Positions 32,697 through 43,053 of a DNA stretch of 54,032 nucleotides are shown here, one piece after another (the stretch's first letter is position 1; the number at the start of each line of letters is the position of its first letter). Both the position numbers and the translations under genes were made by a program. The stretch comes from Granulicella sp. (GTDB taxonomy: Bacteria > Acidobacteriota > Terriglobia > Terriglobales > Acidobacteriaceae): positions 1-54,032 of the forward strand of contig DAHWNL010000079.1 in the NCBI GenBank assembly GCA_027339965.1, in the 5' to 3' direction. The notes under the pieces are model-generated. The model worked only from the letters and a program-made list of their open reading frames with translations, was not told the origin of the DNA and did not search any database.

Positions 32697-33218
32697 ATGA
32701 GTTCTCGATTGCGCGCACACAAGCCTCTGTTTACTATCTTTGCCATCTTGCTGCTTCTATTTCTTCCCGGATACAGATTCGGTTCTGCGCAGATCCGCTT
32801 TGCGCAGATCCGTTTTGCGCAGATCCAGGGATACGGTTCCGCAAGCGCGCTATCCATTCCGGAATCAGCACGGATGCAGCCGGCAACGCTGGCGCACATG
32901 CTGACCTCCTCCGCCAAGCCGCTCCTGCTCCAAGTTGGCTCTCACACCCTGTTTGTCGAGGCGCACATTCCCGGCTCCCAGTACGCAGGGCCCGGATCGC
33001 AACCCGAGGGTCTGGCCTCCCTGCGCCATGCGGTCGCCTCTTATCCGCGAAAAAAGTTGATCGTGCTTTACTGCGGATGCTGCCCGTGGACTCATTGCCC
33101 AAATGTCGGCCCCGCCTACCGCCAACTCATCGCGATGGGTTTCACGAACGTGAAGGTTCTCTACCTGCCCAACAACTTTGGAACCGACTGGGTCAGCCGG
33201 GGATATCCCGTTGAATAG
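32697..33218 (+). CDS. Exported rhodanese-like domain protein
   Basis: Signal/TM segment, AHIPGS rhodanese motif, IVLYCGCCPWTHCPN, GFTNVKVL...W...GYPV. Confidence 0.8.
   Translation: MSSRLRAHKPLFTIFAILLLLFLPGYRFGSAQIRFAQIRFAQIQGYGSASALSIPESARMQPATLAHMLTSSAKPLLLQVGSHTLFVEAHIPGSQYAGPGSQPEGLASLRHAVASYPRKKLIVLYCGCCPWTHCPNVGPAYRQLIAMGFTNVKVLYLPNNFGTDWVSRGYPVE
32784..32828 (+). repeat. In-frame 15-bp tandem repeat x3 (SAQIR-FAQIR-FAQIQ)
   Basis: TCTGCGCAGATCCGC TTTGCGCAGATCCGT TTTGCGCAGATCCAG. Confidence 0.85.
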
Positions 33219-33828
33219 TCGTCTTCGATCTGGCCGGTTGCGCACGCAGGCCGATCTGGTCTCCGTGCCTTCAGCAGAGAGGGAGCGTGGCGAGACGCAG
33301 AAGCGCCTGCTGGAACGCGCTCCGCTCTGCATACTTCTGATCGAGGCCATCTTTGTGCTGGCCGGCTTCGTTCCCTGCGCCCTGGCCTTCCCAGCCTCCG
33401 GGCCGGCGCTGAACAGCCCAGCTCCTGAGTTCGCCTTAACGGATTTGAATCACAAACGGCTGGATCTGCACGCCTTCCGTGGCAAGGTTGTTCTCCTGGA
33501 CTTCTGGGCCACCTGGTGCGCCCCCTGTCAGGTTGAGATTCCGCACTTTGTTGCCTGGCAAAACCAGTACGGCGCGCTCGGCCTGAAGGTGATCGGCATC
33601 TCCATGGACGATGATCCAGGCCCGGTGCGGAATCTCTACCGCAGGCTGCGGGTGAACTATCCCGTGGCCATGGGAGACGCCGGACTGGGCCAGGCCTACG
33701 GCGGAATCTACGGCTTGCCGGTAACCTTCCTGATCGACCGCAAGGGCAGGATACGCGCCGAGTATCAGGGCGTGACAGATCTTGGAAAGATCCAGACCAG
33801 GTTGTTGTCGCTGCTCAACACTCGATAG
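33178..33828 (+). CDS. TlpA/ResA family thiol-disulfide oxidoreductase
   Basis: APEFAL, GKVVLLDFWATWCAPC, GLPVTFLIDRKG. The true start is probably downstream of 33218. Confidence 0.9.
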   Translation: MEPTGSAGDIPLNSRLRSGRLRTQADLVSVPSAERERGETQKRLLERAPLCILLIEAIFVLAGFVPCALAFPASGPALNSPAPEFALTDLNHKRLDLHAFRGKVVLLDFWATWCAPCQVEIPHFVAWQNQYGALGLKVIGISMDDDPGPVRNLYRRLRVNYPVAMGDAGLGQAYGGIYGLPVTFLIDRKGRIRAEYQGVTDLGKIQTRLLSLLNTR

Positions 33829-34111
33829 CTGCACCCGATAGCTGCGGCAACTCCTCGCTTGCCGCGCCCATGGTTGAAAAAGCGGGATCTCTTCCGGGTT
33901 CGCGCAAGATCAAAGCTCCGCAGACCGCCACGCGCCGCCGGCGTGCTTCCAGCTTCCAGTCCCTCGGCTCTCAGTCCTTCGCTCTTCCTCATACGCGCTG
34001 CGCAAACTCTGGCCGTCTCAGGCGCATCTTGCTTCAGGCTCCCTCTGAATCTCTCGCCATTTGGCCAGCTCTTCACCCGCCCACAAGAGGCAGCCGGCCA
34101 TCGCTCCTCCG

Positions 34112-35212
34112 CTAAGCTCCAGCCGCTTCCTCTTCGCGCTGCTCGTCTGCCAAGCGAGCTTCACGCAGCGCCTGGCGGGTCGCCGTGACGTAGGCTCCAG
34201 CCAGCAACAGCAGGCCGCTGAGAAAAGCCCACAGGATGAGCCCCACCGAGACGGAAAACGGACCGTAAGCTGCGGGCAGATCCAGACGGGGCAAGACCAG
34301 AATGTAGAGATACTTGGCGATCTCCCAAAGCACGCCCATGACCACGGCTGTGGGGAACACCCCACGCGCCGGGATCTTGCGATTGGGCAGCGCCCAGTAG
34401 ATAAGGAAAAACAGGCCAATGCTTACCAGCAGCGCACAGCCGCGCAGAAAGCTGTCCGCCAGAAAGGTGAAGACGATGTTGTGGATGTGCCCGAAGAAGA
34501 GAAACTCCAGAATCGCTTGCTGGCCGGTACTCAGCGTGATGGAGACCATCGCCAGCACGCCGGCGCCGCAAGCCAGCGCCAGGGAAATGACCTGGTTATG
34601 CAGATAGTTACGGTTGGAGCGCACGCCCCAGACCCTGTTCAGCGCAACTTCCAGAGGGAGAAAGACTCCGGTGGAGGTGATCAGCAACATCACCACCGAC
34701 AGAATTCTGGTTTGGGTGTGCGCAAAAGCCAGCAAGCGCATGTTACGCATCACAAAGTACTGGTTACTGGGCAGGAAGTTGCTCATCATCTGCACCACGA
34801 CGTCCACCATCCGGGTGGAGTGAAAGACTCTTTGCGCCAACGTAAGCAGAAGCACAATGAAGGGAAACAAGGACAGGATGGCCTGCGCGGCGACGCTGAA
34901 GGCATAAGTATGCACCTCCGTGGTGGTCATGTAGCGGGCCAGGGCCGCCACTTGCTGCAAGGTTCCTCCTTTGGCCACCGGCGGGCAGGGCCGCGCCATT
35001 GGATCTCGCTTCACCTTCTCTTCTTCGGCCTTCGTCCCTTTGTCTTCACCGCCCTGCATCCCTGGCGCGTGAGCAGCGTGCCGCTTCGCATCCGCACCCG
35101 GCGGCTGGAGGATGTCGTTCTTCAGATTCCCACCGGAAGTCTCCGCGTCGCCGGTTTGCCCAGCCTCTTCCGCACGCCTCTTGGGAACGATGCTGATTCT
35201 GTCAAAGGACAT
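34112..35212 (-). CDS. YihY/virulence factor BrkB family membrane protein
   Basis: A..ILSLFPF, ALNRVWGV, LIYWALPN, YGPFS.SVGLILW; about 6 TM segments. Confidence 0.85.
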   Translation of the reverse strand: MSFDRISIVPKRRAEEAGQTGDAETSGGNLKNDILQPPGADAKRHAAHAPGMQGGEDKGTKAEEEKVKRDPMARPCPPVAKGGTLQQVAALARYMTTTEVHTYAFSVAAQAILSLFPFIVLLLTLAQRVFHSTRMVDVVVQMMSNFLPSNQYFVMRNMRLLAFAHTQTRILSVVMLLITSTGVFLPLEVALNRVWGVRSNRNYLHNQVISLALACGAGVLAMVSITLSTGQQAILEFLFFGHIHNIVFTFLADSFLRGCALLVSIGLFFLIYWALPNRKIPARGVFPTAVVMGVLWEIAKYLYILVLPRLDLPAAYGPFSVSVGLILWAFLSGLLLLAGAYVTATRQALREARLADEQREEEAAGA

Positions 35213-35221
35213 ATCAACAGT

Positions 35222-36427
35222 CTACCGGGGCATGTCTCCGGCGGAGCGAGTCGCCACTGGCGATTCACTGGCCCGCAACGTTTCTCGCAGGTGTGCGGCG
35301 GCCCATGCCGCCGCCTCAGAGAGCACCTCGTCCTCCCCGGCGGCCCAGCGATCGAGCTGAGGCAGGAAATCGGCCTGACCGCTATTGCCCATCGCCAGGG
35401 CCACGTTGCGCAGCAACCTGCCGCGGCGGGTGCGCTCCAGCGGTGAACCTCGAAAGGTCCGGTTGAACTCCGGGCCATCCATCCCGGCGAGCCACTCCAG
35501 AGCCGGATTGACGAGTTCCCGGCGCGCCGGCAGCAGATCCGGCTGGGAGATAGAGGCCTTGCGGTTCCAGGGGCAAACCTCCTGGCAGATATCGCAGCCG
35601 AAGACCTGCCGGCCAAGGAGCGGCCGCAACTCTTCGGCGATGCTCCCCTTCTTCTCAATGGTGAGATAGGCGATGCAGCGCGCGGCGTCGATCGACCGCG
35701 TGGCGCCAGGCGCGGGCTCCGGCGTGAGGATCGCGCCGGTAGGGCAGGCATCGATACAACGCGTGCAACTTCCGCAGCGATCCACAGCGGCAAGGCTCCA
35801 GGAGCCCAACTCCAGAGAGGTGATGATCACGCCCAGCAACAACCATGAACCGTGCTGCTGGTGGATGATGCAGGTGTTCTTTCCAATCCAGCCGATGCCG
35901 GCGCGCACAGCATAGGCTCTCTCCGGCAGCGGCCCCGTATCGACGTAGCAGCGGGTCTGCATCTCGCCGGCAGAACCCTTTCCGGCAAAGCGCTGCTTCA
36001 ACTCCGTCTCCAACTCCCGCAACCGCGCCAGCAGCACATCGTGATAATCGCTTCCCGCGCCCGAGCGGCCCGTCCAGGCGTAGCGTGCAATCCATCCCGA
36101 ACGAAAACCCTGATCTTCGTCCAGCTTGTCGATCGATCGCGGCGCATCCACGTTGTAGCTGGCGGCGCAAACGATGACTGAGCGCGCCCACGGCATAGAG
36201 CGGCGCAGATCGCCGCGCAGGTACTCCGCGGAGCCATTGACGCGCTTCAAATACTCCATCTCCCCGGCATAGCCAGCATCAATCCAGGCAGCGTAGCGGC
36301 GATCTTCCTGTTCTGCTGGCGAGCTGGCGGGCTCAGGAACGCCGGCCACTCCGGCCAGATCAAAGCCCACAGCCCGGGCGCGATCCTCAAGCCACTCCCG
36401 ATCCGCTCGCTCCAGCCTGATCCCCAT
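35222..36427 (-). CDS. queG: tRNA epoxyqueuosine(34) reductase
   Basis: GY.GEM.YL, IARYA, DYH, VDTGPL.ER, GWIGKN, CGSCTRCIDACPT, FGCDICQEVCPWN. Start taken at MGIRL. Confidence 0.94.
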   Translation of the reverse strand: MGIRLERADREWLEDRARAVGFDLAGVAGVPEPASSPAEQEDRRYAAWIDAGYAGEMEYLKRVNGSAEYLRGDLRRSMPWARSVIVCAASYNVDAPRSIDKLDEDQGFRSGWIARYAWTGRSGAGSDYHDVLLARLRELETELKQRFAGKGSAGEMQTRCYVDTGPLPERAYAVRAGIGWIGKNTCIIHQQHGSWLLLGVIITSLELGSWSLAAVDRCGSCTRCIDACPTGAILTPEPAPGATRSIDAARCIAYLTIEKKGSIAEELRPLLGRQVFGCDICQEVCPWNRKASISQPDLLPARRELVNPALEWLAGMDGPEFNRTFRGSPLERTRRGRLLRNVALAMGNSGQADFLPQLDRWAAGEDEVLSEAAAWAAAHLRETLRASESPVATRSAGDMPR

Positions 36428-36874
36428 TTCGCAATCTTCCTGTTCTGACCCGGGCCGCAAACCCCAATTCTGACCCTGCGACGGGCGATGCATCTCGTCT
36501 TTCTGCAAACAGATTAGCGGAAGACCGCCGACCGGATCTTCTGCGCTCGCGAAGCCTCTTTGCGGGAGTTTGGATGGCTCGGGCAAACGCCAACCATGTC
36601 GTCGCGGCAAGAAAGGCGGCTATTTCGCGCGACACGAATTGCAACACAATCTTCCAGGGGAGCGGCAAGTCGCTGTGGCATGGCTTCAGGATGCCGTCCG
36701 AAGAGTCCAATCTCGCCATCGCCAATTTGCATCTATCGCCTGGAATGAAACCGCTCAACCGGGGAGAACCGGATTTCATCCTCAAGGCGCAACTCGTCTC
36801 CGCCCGCATCGCCATGGACGGCCTGCGCCCGTATCCGCCTGGCCATGGGAACTGACCCTGCTGCCGGGTGGCCG

Positions 36875-37534
36875 CTACTGGGCCGGCACGATGGAGAAGT
36901 GATACTCTCCCGATCCAACGTCAAGCTCGACCCCGTCCGAATGGCTTCCCAGTATCGTAACGCCAACAGCTTCCGTCACCGGATGCCCGCTTTCCAGCAG
37001 GGTTGAACCGGGAGCATTGGGTAGCCTCACCACGGCACGGGCGTTGGCTGGAATGCTTACATCCAGCCGCGTCCGTCCCGGCAGATGCTTCCAGGCCTCG
37101 CCGATCGCGCCTTTGACAGACCGGTAGACCATCTGAGCCGAGTTGATCCGCTGGAGCATCGCCGATTCAATGCCGATCTGCTCCGGAGCCAGCCGGGAGA
37201 AGTTCAGACGCAAGCCCATCATGCCGGCATAGAACCACTCCTCGGCGTCGCCCAGCATCAGGTGATCCTGCGAGCTGCCGTGGCGCGCGTTCCAGGCCTC
37301 TGTCAGCGCCGTTGCGCCCTGCGCCAGTTGATAGCCGTAGCTGGGGCTGTCGGTGCGCAGCAGCATGTCCAGCATGACGTTGGATGCTCCGTTGTCCATC
37401 AGCGCGTCCACAACGTAATGGAAGCCGATGCCACCGGCTGTGACATGATTCCCGTGGGCGCGGATGTCCGCCACCAGGCTGGCCAGTACCGCTGGGCGAT
37501 CGGCGGCAGGCGTCAGGCCAACCATCAGCGGCAT
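36875..37534 (-). pseudogene. C-terminal fragment of a GH78 alpha-L-rhamnosidase
   Basis: HVTAG.IG, PSYGYQLAQGAT.LTEAW, SQDH.MLG..EEWFY, VSIPAN..A, VGSGEY.F. Confidence 0.85.
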
Positions 37535-38009
37535 GGAGCCCGAGGCCATTCAAGTAGATGATGTGCATCAGGCGCGGCAGATCCGGCACCTTGACCACAG
37601 CCCGCAAGCCCAAGGTCTCCAGCGGATCAGTTGTGAATTCTCCCTCGCCAACGTAGGCCAATATCTTGCTGGCGCGATCGTTGGTACTCACGCCGCCAAA
37701 GGTCATGTTATCTGTATCGCTCCGGTCGTCGAGCGTTCCAAAGGTGTTCTCTTCGCCCAGCGTGGTGCCCAAAATTGGCGATGTGGTAATGCGGATGTCC
37801 GGCAAACACTCCTTGGCCCAGTCTCCGCGGTAGAAGAAGACGCACTTGTCCAGATCGCCACCGTCGTTGTTCTTCCAGTCTACCAGTGCGTTGGGCCTGC
37901 CGTCGGCCGATTGAGGAGCGTGGATGCCAACCTCGCCGGCGATTTCCACCTCGTGAGCCCAGGGCGGCAGTCGTTCGCTCATCACGGACATAACCGTGCA
38001 TCCGTTCAC
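37530..38009 (-). pseudogene. C-terminal fragment of an L-fucose/L-arabinose isomerase family protein
   Basis: EVEIAG (cf. CEVD..G), ALVDWKNN.G.D.DKCVFF, PILGTTLGEENTFG, AYVGEGEFT.DPL...G.RAVV, NGLGLHA (cf. NGFEHH). Family recognised from memory. Confidence 0.7.
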
Positions 38010-38340
38010 GCCGTAGGTGGAGGAGTACAGGCTAGGGCGGAACGCTGTCTGCCATGGCTGTCCGGTCAGAATGGTCCGCTGGGTGCCGTCGCGAAAGTGA
38101 AGATCCAGGTCGGCGGCGGGCCGCGGAGACACGAAAGAGCCAGAACACTTGCTGTGCCTTCCCTTGGTGCGGACGAGGTTAAACATCCCATTGCCCGGCA
38201 GAACGCCCATCGTGTTCGCACCCCGGTTCAGCATGGAAGTCACCTCGTAGGTGTCGTACAGAATGCTCTTGCGGTTATCCGTCCAGGCTGGCGTCAGCTC
38301 CCGCTGGGCCACTTTGGCGCCGTTCAGGCGCAGCTTAGGC
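38010..38340 (-). pseudogene. N-terminal-domain fragment of a GH78 alpha-L-rhamnosidase
   Basis: LRLNG.KV....L.PAWTD.RK..LYDTYEVT..L..GAN..GV..GNGMFN...YSSTYG. Confidence 0.8.
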
Positions 38341-38418
38341 TGCACTCCGCTTCCCCCGCAGATCTCCATGGCAGTAAAGAAACATGAAGATGTGAATTGA
38401 ATCAGCCAGAGCGTCTGC

Positions 38419-39534
38419 TTGATCTGGCCTTGAAGAGTGCGACCTATGCGGCATACGATACATCTTTTTGTCCGGAATAGTGCTCGACTCGATCAGGCTG
38501 CTTCTGGATGCTACGCAGTGCACTGATGGCAGTACGCGTCAGGGCAATTTTATTTCTTGCCGGAGCAGCCTTCGTGACTCTCTGCTTCGGGTCGGCATTC
38601 AGCAACTCGTCCGGGTTCAGCTCCGGCGAATAATTGGGCAAGTAAAAGACCTGTATCTTGTCCTCATTTTCCTTCAGCCACTTCTTCACTTCCTTGGAGT
38701 GATGCACGCGCAGGTTGTCCAGGATCAGAAAGACTCGCTTCTCTCGGCCATGCACGAGTCGCTTCAAGAAGCCAGTCAGGATCTTCGCATTCTGCGTGCC
38801 CGAGAAGACCTTCCGGCGCATCTGGCCTTTAGTTGGTCACCGTCGAACTCACGCTCAGCTTCTGGCGATTCGCGTTGGCCCGCGCCACCGGCGTCTTGCC
38901 TTTGGGCGCATAGCCCCGACCGCGCAACATCGTCCGAACGCAGCCCTGTTTCGTCTCCACACTGTATCTCTGCACCCTCGTCTTTCGCGGCTTTGGCGAT
39001 CCTTGGATACTCTTCGTTCACCCACTGATCGACGGCAGCAGGGTTCTGTTCGCAGGCCTTCTCCTGCGGACGTTGCTGTGTGAATCCTCAGCGCTTCAGA
39101 TACCTGCCCATGTTGCGCACCTTCAGCCGAACGCCATACATCGCTTCGGTCAACTCGCTCACCGCCTGCCGTGTCCACAACGCATGGCTCAGCTTCAACT
39201 GGTCCGGCGTGCGGTCCTGAATCCGTTGCTGAATCTTGGTCTCCTGCGCCGCCGTCAGCATCCGGCCCGAACCCACCGGCCGACCAACAACCAACACCGC
39301 CACGGCCTTCCAGCCGCCGCGTTCGTAGGCCCGCATCGCGCGAATCACCGCCGATCGACCTAACTCGCACTGCGCCACAGTCTCGGCGATCGTCACTCCG
39401 CTAAGACGCAACTTCACGACACCACGACAACGCTCATTCAGCACCACTCGCGGAAGACAATGCGCCTCGGTCTTCTCCAGACCTATGAGATGCTTCAAAC
39501 CAATGCAACGTCTCACTTATCAAGGCCGAGTCAG
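38419..39534 (-). mobile_element. Degenerate IS630-family element (transposase pseudogene)
   Basis: 24-bp imperfect IRs at 38419-38442 and 39511-39534 (17/24 match by hand); TA at 39535-36. Transposase pieces LWTRQAV, GDETG, LILDNLRVH, LPNYSPELNPDE are split by an in-frame TGA and frameshifts. Confidence 0.92.
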
Positions 39535-39537
39535 TAA

Positions 39538-39997
39538 GGAACCTCTGCATTGGGTTGTGATTTTCCGACGATGAGGTTGTTCTGAGCCTGGGTGAGGGAT
39601 TTGGCGAGGATATGGGTCTTCGGCGTGGCCCGGAGACCGCTTTTCCGGCCCCCAGACAAACGAGACACACTACTGACCGAGCCCGGCCAGGCGTTTGCGG
39701 TGGAGGTACAGGTCCACCAGGGCGACGGTAGCGCACAGCCGGTGGCGGTTCTTGCGCAAACCCCGACATCTCACCTTGTCGAAGCCGAAGGCCCGCTTCA
39801 GGATGCGAAACACGCGCTCCACCTTTGCCCGGATGCTCGACTGACTTCGGTTCTTCTTCTGTAACCGGTTCACATCGTGCTTGAACTTCGTCCGGCGGCA
39901 GGTGATGTCCTGGGCCCGCGGTGCGGCTTGTTGGATCGCTTCGCTCTGCTCCTGACAGCCTCCGTCGCCCCGCGCCTTTCGCTCCTGGCCGTGCAGG
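39538..39997 (-). mobile_element. IS5-family (IS5 group) right-end remnant
   Basis: LHGQE...GDGG, IRAKVERVFRILKRAFGFDKVRCRGLRKN. Terminus GGAACCTCTG next to TAA. The 5' part of the element is deleted. Confidence 0.85.
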
Positions 39998-40021
39998 CAG
40001 AATGCCGCCTCTGAGGCCGCC

Positions 40022-41179
40022 TCAGGGAAGGTCGCGCAGCGGTAGGCGGACGAACTTGATGGTCTGGCGACGCCAGGAGTAGGTAATCAGCAGATCGCCG
40101 TTGGCCGCTTGAACGATGGCCGGATACGAGTACTGACCTGTCCCACTCTCAAGGGTCTTGACGACGGCGAAGTGCTCGCCATCGCGGCTGACCGCCAGAT
40201 TCAGCGGCGTGCGCGCATCATAGCTGTTGTTGAAGACCAGAACGATGCGGCCGTCGCGCAGCCGAACCGCGTCGATGCCGGAGTTGGGGTTCGGCAGGTC
40301 AATGAAGCGCGCCTGGGTCCAGGTGACTCCAACGTCCGTCGAGTCCGCCACAGCGATGCGCGCTGCTCGCGTGCGGCTGCGAGCGTAAAAGCGAAGATGC
40401 CGCCCTCCCAGCGAGACGACCGCCGGCTGGATGATGCCAATGGTCTCTCGGGACGGAGGGTAGAGCTTAGTGTGCGGCCCCGCGTCGTCTGGCTCAGAGG
40501 GAGCGGACGGGGCGCTCTGGGCGGCGGTTGCCGTTACCAGAGCGGCGCGGGCAGCGACATTGGGTCTATCAAGACTTTCCGGAACGGTAATAGGTCCGAA
40601 GCTGGTCCAGGTTTCGCCGGCGTCCGTGGAGCGCTCGATCCACGCCGTCCACCTGCCACTCTCCACCGACGAGCCGCTGACGATGGTTCCGTCGCTCAGC
40701 ACCAGAGGCTTGTCTTTAATGGGACCGAGGATGCCGTCGGGAAGATGCTCCGCAGCGCTCCAGGTGTGGCCTTCGTCGCGGCTCCATTTGCGGGCGCCCT
40801 TCCAGGTGCTGGGATGAGTCCCGTACTTGTAGTAAAGCCAGAGCCGGCCGTCGCGGGTGTGGAAGAGCACAGGGTTCCAACAGGCCACTCCGGGGGCGCG
40901 GGCTAGTTGGACAGGCCGGGACCAAACGCCACGGTGCAATCGGGAGCCGTAGATGGCCACGTCCGGCGCGCCCTCCCGGGTTCCGCCAAACCAGGCCGCC
41001 AGCACATCGCCATCTTTCAACTCCACAACCGTGGAGGCGTGGTTATCGGGCTGTGTCCCTGCGAGCGCGTGGCCGCTGGAGAGCGGCGCAAAGATGAAGC
41101 CGTTGCCTGTCTGCGCCTGGGCGCCGGCCAGTGCCACTGCCAGCCCTGCGATCCCTGCCCATCGGAGGGGCATCTTCAT
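40022..41179 (-). CDS. Exported sialidase-like BNR/Asp-box repeat protein
   Basis: Signal peptide, HASTVVE, AWFGGTREG, Asp boxes SRDEGHTW, STDAGETW, STDVGVTW, SRDGEHF; LPNPNSGID, YSYPAI; AAGGAG RBS. Confidence 0.88.
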   Translation of the reverse strand: MKMPLRWAGIAGLAVALAGAQAQTGNGFIFAPLSSGHALAGTQPDNHASTVVELKDGDVLAAWFGGTREGAPDVAIYGSRLHRGVWSRPVQLARAPGVACWNPVLFHTRDGRLWLYYKYGTHPSTWKGARKWSRDEGHTWSAAEHLPDGILGPIKDKPLVLSDGTIVSGSSVESGRWTAWIERSTDAGETWTSFGPITVPESLDRPNVAARAALVTATAAQSAPSAPSEPDDAGPHTKLYPPSRETIGIIQPAVVSLGGRHLRFYARSRTRAARIAVADSTDVGVTWTQARFIDLPNPNSGIDAVRLRDGRIVLVFNNSYDARTPLNLAVSRDGEHFAVVKTLESGTGQYSYPAIVQAANGDLLITYSWRRQTIKFVRLPLRDLP

Positions 41180-41879
41180 CTGCGTCTCCTTCGTGATGCG
41201 GACATTCCATGCCCGCATCGGAGTCTTAGCCGCTTCTCCTTGCCGCCTCTCTTGGCCGCTTCAAGAAATCGCCGCTGGCATCCCTAGACGGTTTCCATGT
41301 CGCCTTCCGGTCAGCGCCGTTCAGCACCATCAGGAACGCATGGCTGGCTCTCTTCCGCGCTTCTGCCTCTTCTCCGTCTACGGCTTGGCCTGCGGAGTTT
41401 CGGTCACTATCTCAACCTCGGCCGCTAACGCATGGTCCGGCGGGCGGGGTGCTTCCCCCAACGGAAAGGCCCCTGCCAGCCAGCTTCAGGATACCTAGCA
41501 ATACCGAAAGTGCCACACACTTTATCCGCGCTGCAAACCTGGGGGCCTGCCCTGGCCCCTCCCTGGAACGCCTGTCCGGGCGAGCTGATTTGATCTCTTG
41601 TCAAAAATTCACCCGGGCCTCGAAAACCAACGTAAACCGCTGAAACATCACTCTTGACTCTCCATCTCCAGAGCGAGGAGCACCCAAACATTCATAGGCT
41701 CAGGCGCACGATATTCGGAATATGAATGCGACCGGCACGGCCACAGAGCACCCCAAGGGAACCCTGGTCCTCTCCCGGCACGGTCCCTATAGTATCGAAA
41801 TACGATATAATTGAGCTGGTCGCTCGGCTGCTTCCGGTAGCTGCGGCGGCCGCCATAGCTGGGCGCGATCAAGTTTCGT

Positions 41880-42836
41880 TTAACTCGACAGGGTCAGATT
41901 CTCCCGGCATCGGCGAACCGGCCACCAGTACCTGGGCTTCCAGGAGAAATTGCGTAACCTGGACCCGAGCATGTGAGCGAAGACGACGTAACGGCAGGGG
42001 GTGACGATCTTGCCACAGAATGGCCAACGGAGAAGAGATTCAATGACGAACTCCCAGTATCGCTCGTCCTTCCGATCCCGCAGGCCCAAGGAGAGCTCGT
42101 AGTAGACTTTGGCCTCCATGCGCCGCCTCCAGATCTCTCTCTGGAGTCCGCTCAGCCCGTCCAGCAAAAGGTCGTCCAGCAGCTCCAGAACGGCTTTGGC
42201 CATCGGCATGAAGTTCCGGCTCTCGCTGCCCTCCCAGCGCCGATAGAGCGTCAGGCTCTCGGGATGTTCCTGGAAGGCCTTGGCGGAGTATCTCCGCACC
42301 AGACGAAACCAGAGACTCCAGTCGTCTACACAGTAGACGGGCAGAAATCCGCCCACATCCTGAAGCGCCGAGCGCCGGATGATCGAGGTCGAGGGTAGGA
42401 TCGGCGTGCGGTACCGCAGCGCCGGCCAGAGATCCTTGGCCGGAAACGCTGGAACCAGACCCGTTGTCCCATCATCGAACAGGTTTGAAAAGGCGGAGTA
42501 GACCACAACGAGATCCCGATTCTCCTCAATCAGAGCCAGTTGCTTTTCAATTTTGCTGGGAAGCATCAAGTCGTCGTGATCGAGAAAGGCGATCCAATCT
42601 CCCGTCGCTTCTCTTATTCCAGTGTTTCTTGCTCCGGCGATTCCCTGGTTGCTTTGCTTGATGTAACGAACCCGATCTCCAAAAGAGCGTGCAATCTCTT
42701 CGGTGCGATCCTTGGATCCATCATCGATGACCAGGACTTCATGCGCAGGGCGCGTCTGTTGCAGCGCGCTTTCGAGCGTCTCACGCAGGGTCCGCTCCGC
42801 GTTGTACGCAGGGATAACGATGCTGATCCTGGTCAT
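41880..42836 (-). CDS. Glycosyltransferase family 2
   Basis: ISIVIPAYNAE, VIDDGSKD, ARNTG, AFLDHDD. Confidence 0.92.
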   Translation of the reverse strand: MTRISIVIPAYNAERTLRETLESALQQTRPAHEVLVIDDGSKDRTEEIARSFGDRVRYIKQSNQGIAGARNTGIREATGDWIAFLDHDDLMLPSKIEKQLALIEENRDLVVVYSAFSNLFDDGTTGLVPAFPAKDLWPALRYRTPILPSTSIIRRSALQDVGGFLPVYCVDDWSLWFRLVRRYSAKAFQEHPESLTLYRRWEGSESRNFMPMAKAVLELLDDLLLDGLSGLQREIWRRRMEAKVYYELSLGLRDRKDERYWEFVIESLLRWPFCGKIVTPCRYVVFAHMLGSRLRNFSWKPRYWWPVRRCRENLTLSS

Positions 42837-43053
42837 CTTCGCTGGGCTCTGTTGAGCCGGCCGCCCTCGCCCGCCGCCGGCATATCGTTCTTTAACATGC
42901 GCCCCCTCCCCCAAACACGACCCTGACCGCTGCACCTTGATTATTGTCATTATTGTCCGCAGGTTTCACGCCTGCAACAGAGAACCGATCTCTGGAGGAC
43001 AAAGCCGGCCTCCGCGTGAGCAGCCTGGCTAACCGGTTATACTGTCTGCCGCC

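Noticed and set aside
36574..36855. 93-aa ORF converging on the GH78 remnant
   Set aside because: It may be the 3' remnant of a gene, but no family is recognisable, so it is not supportable without a search.
38419..39534. Programmed frameshift giving an active IS630 transposase, or this IS as the MITE mobiliser
   Set aside because: An in-frame TGA, several frameshifts and an apparently lost start indicate decay; its IRs do not resemble the MITE ends.
41420..41580. GC-rich hairpin upstream of the sialidase-like gene as a riboswitch
   Set aside because: No recognisable aptamer consensus; such stems arise by chance at this GC content.
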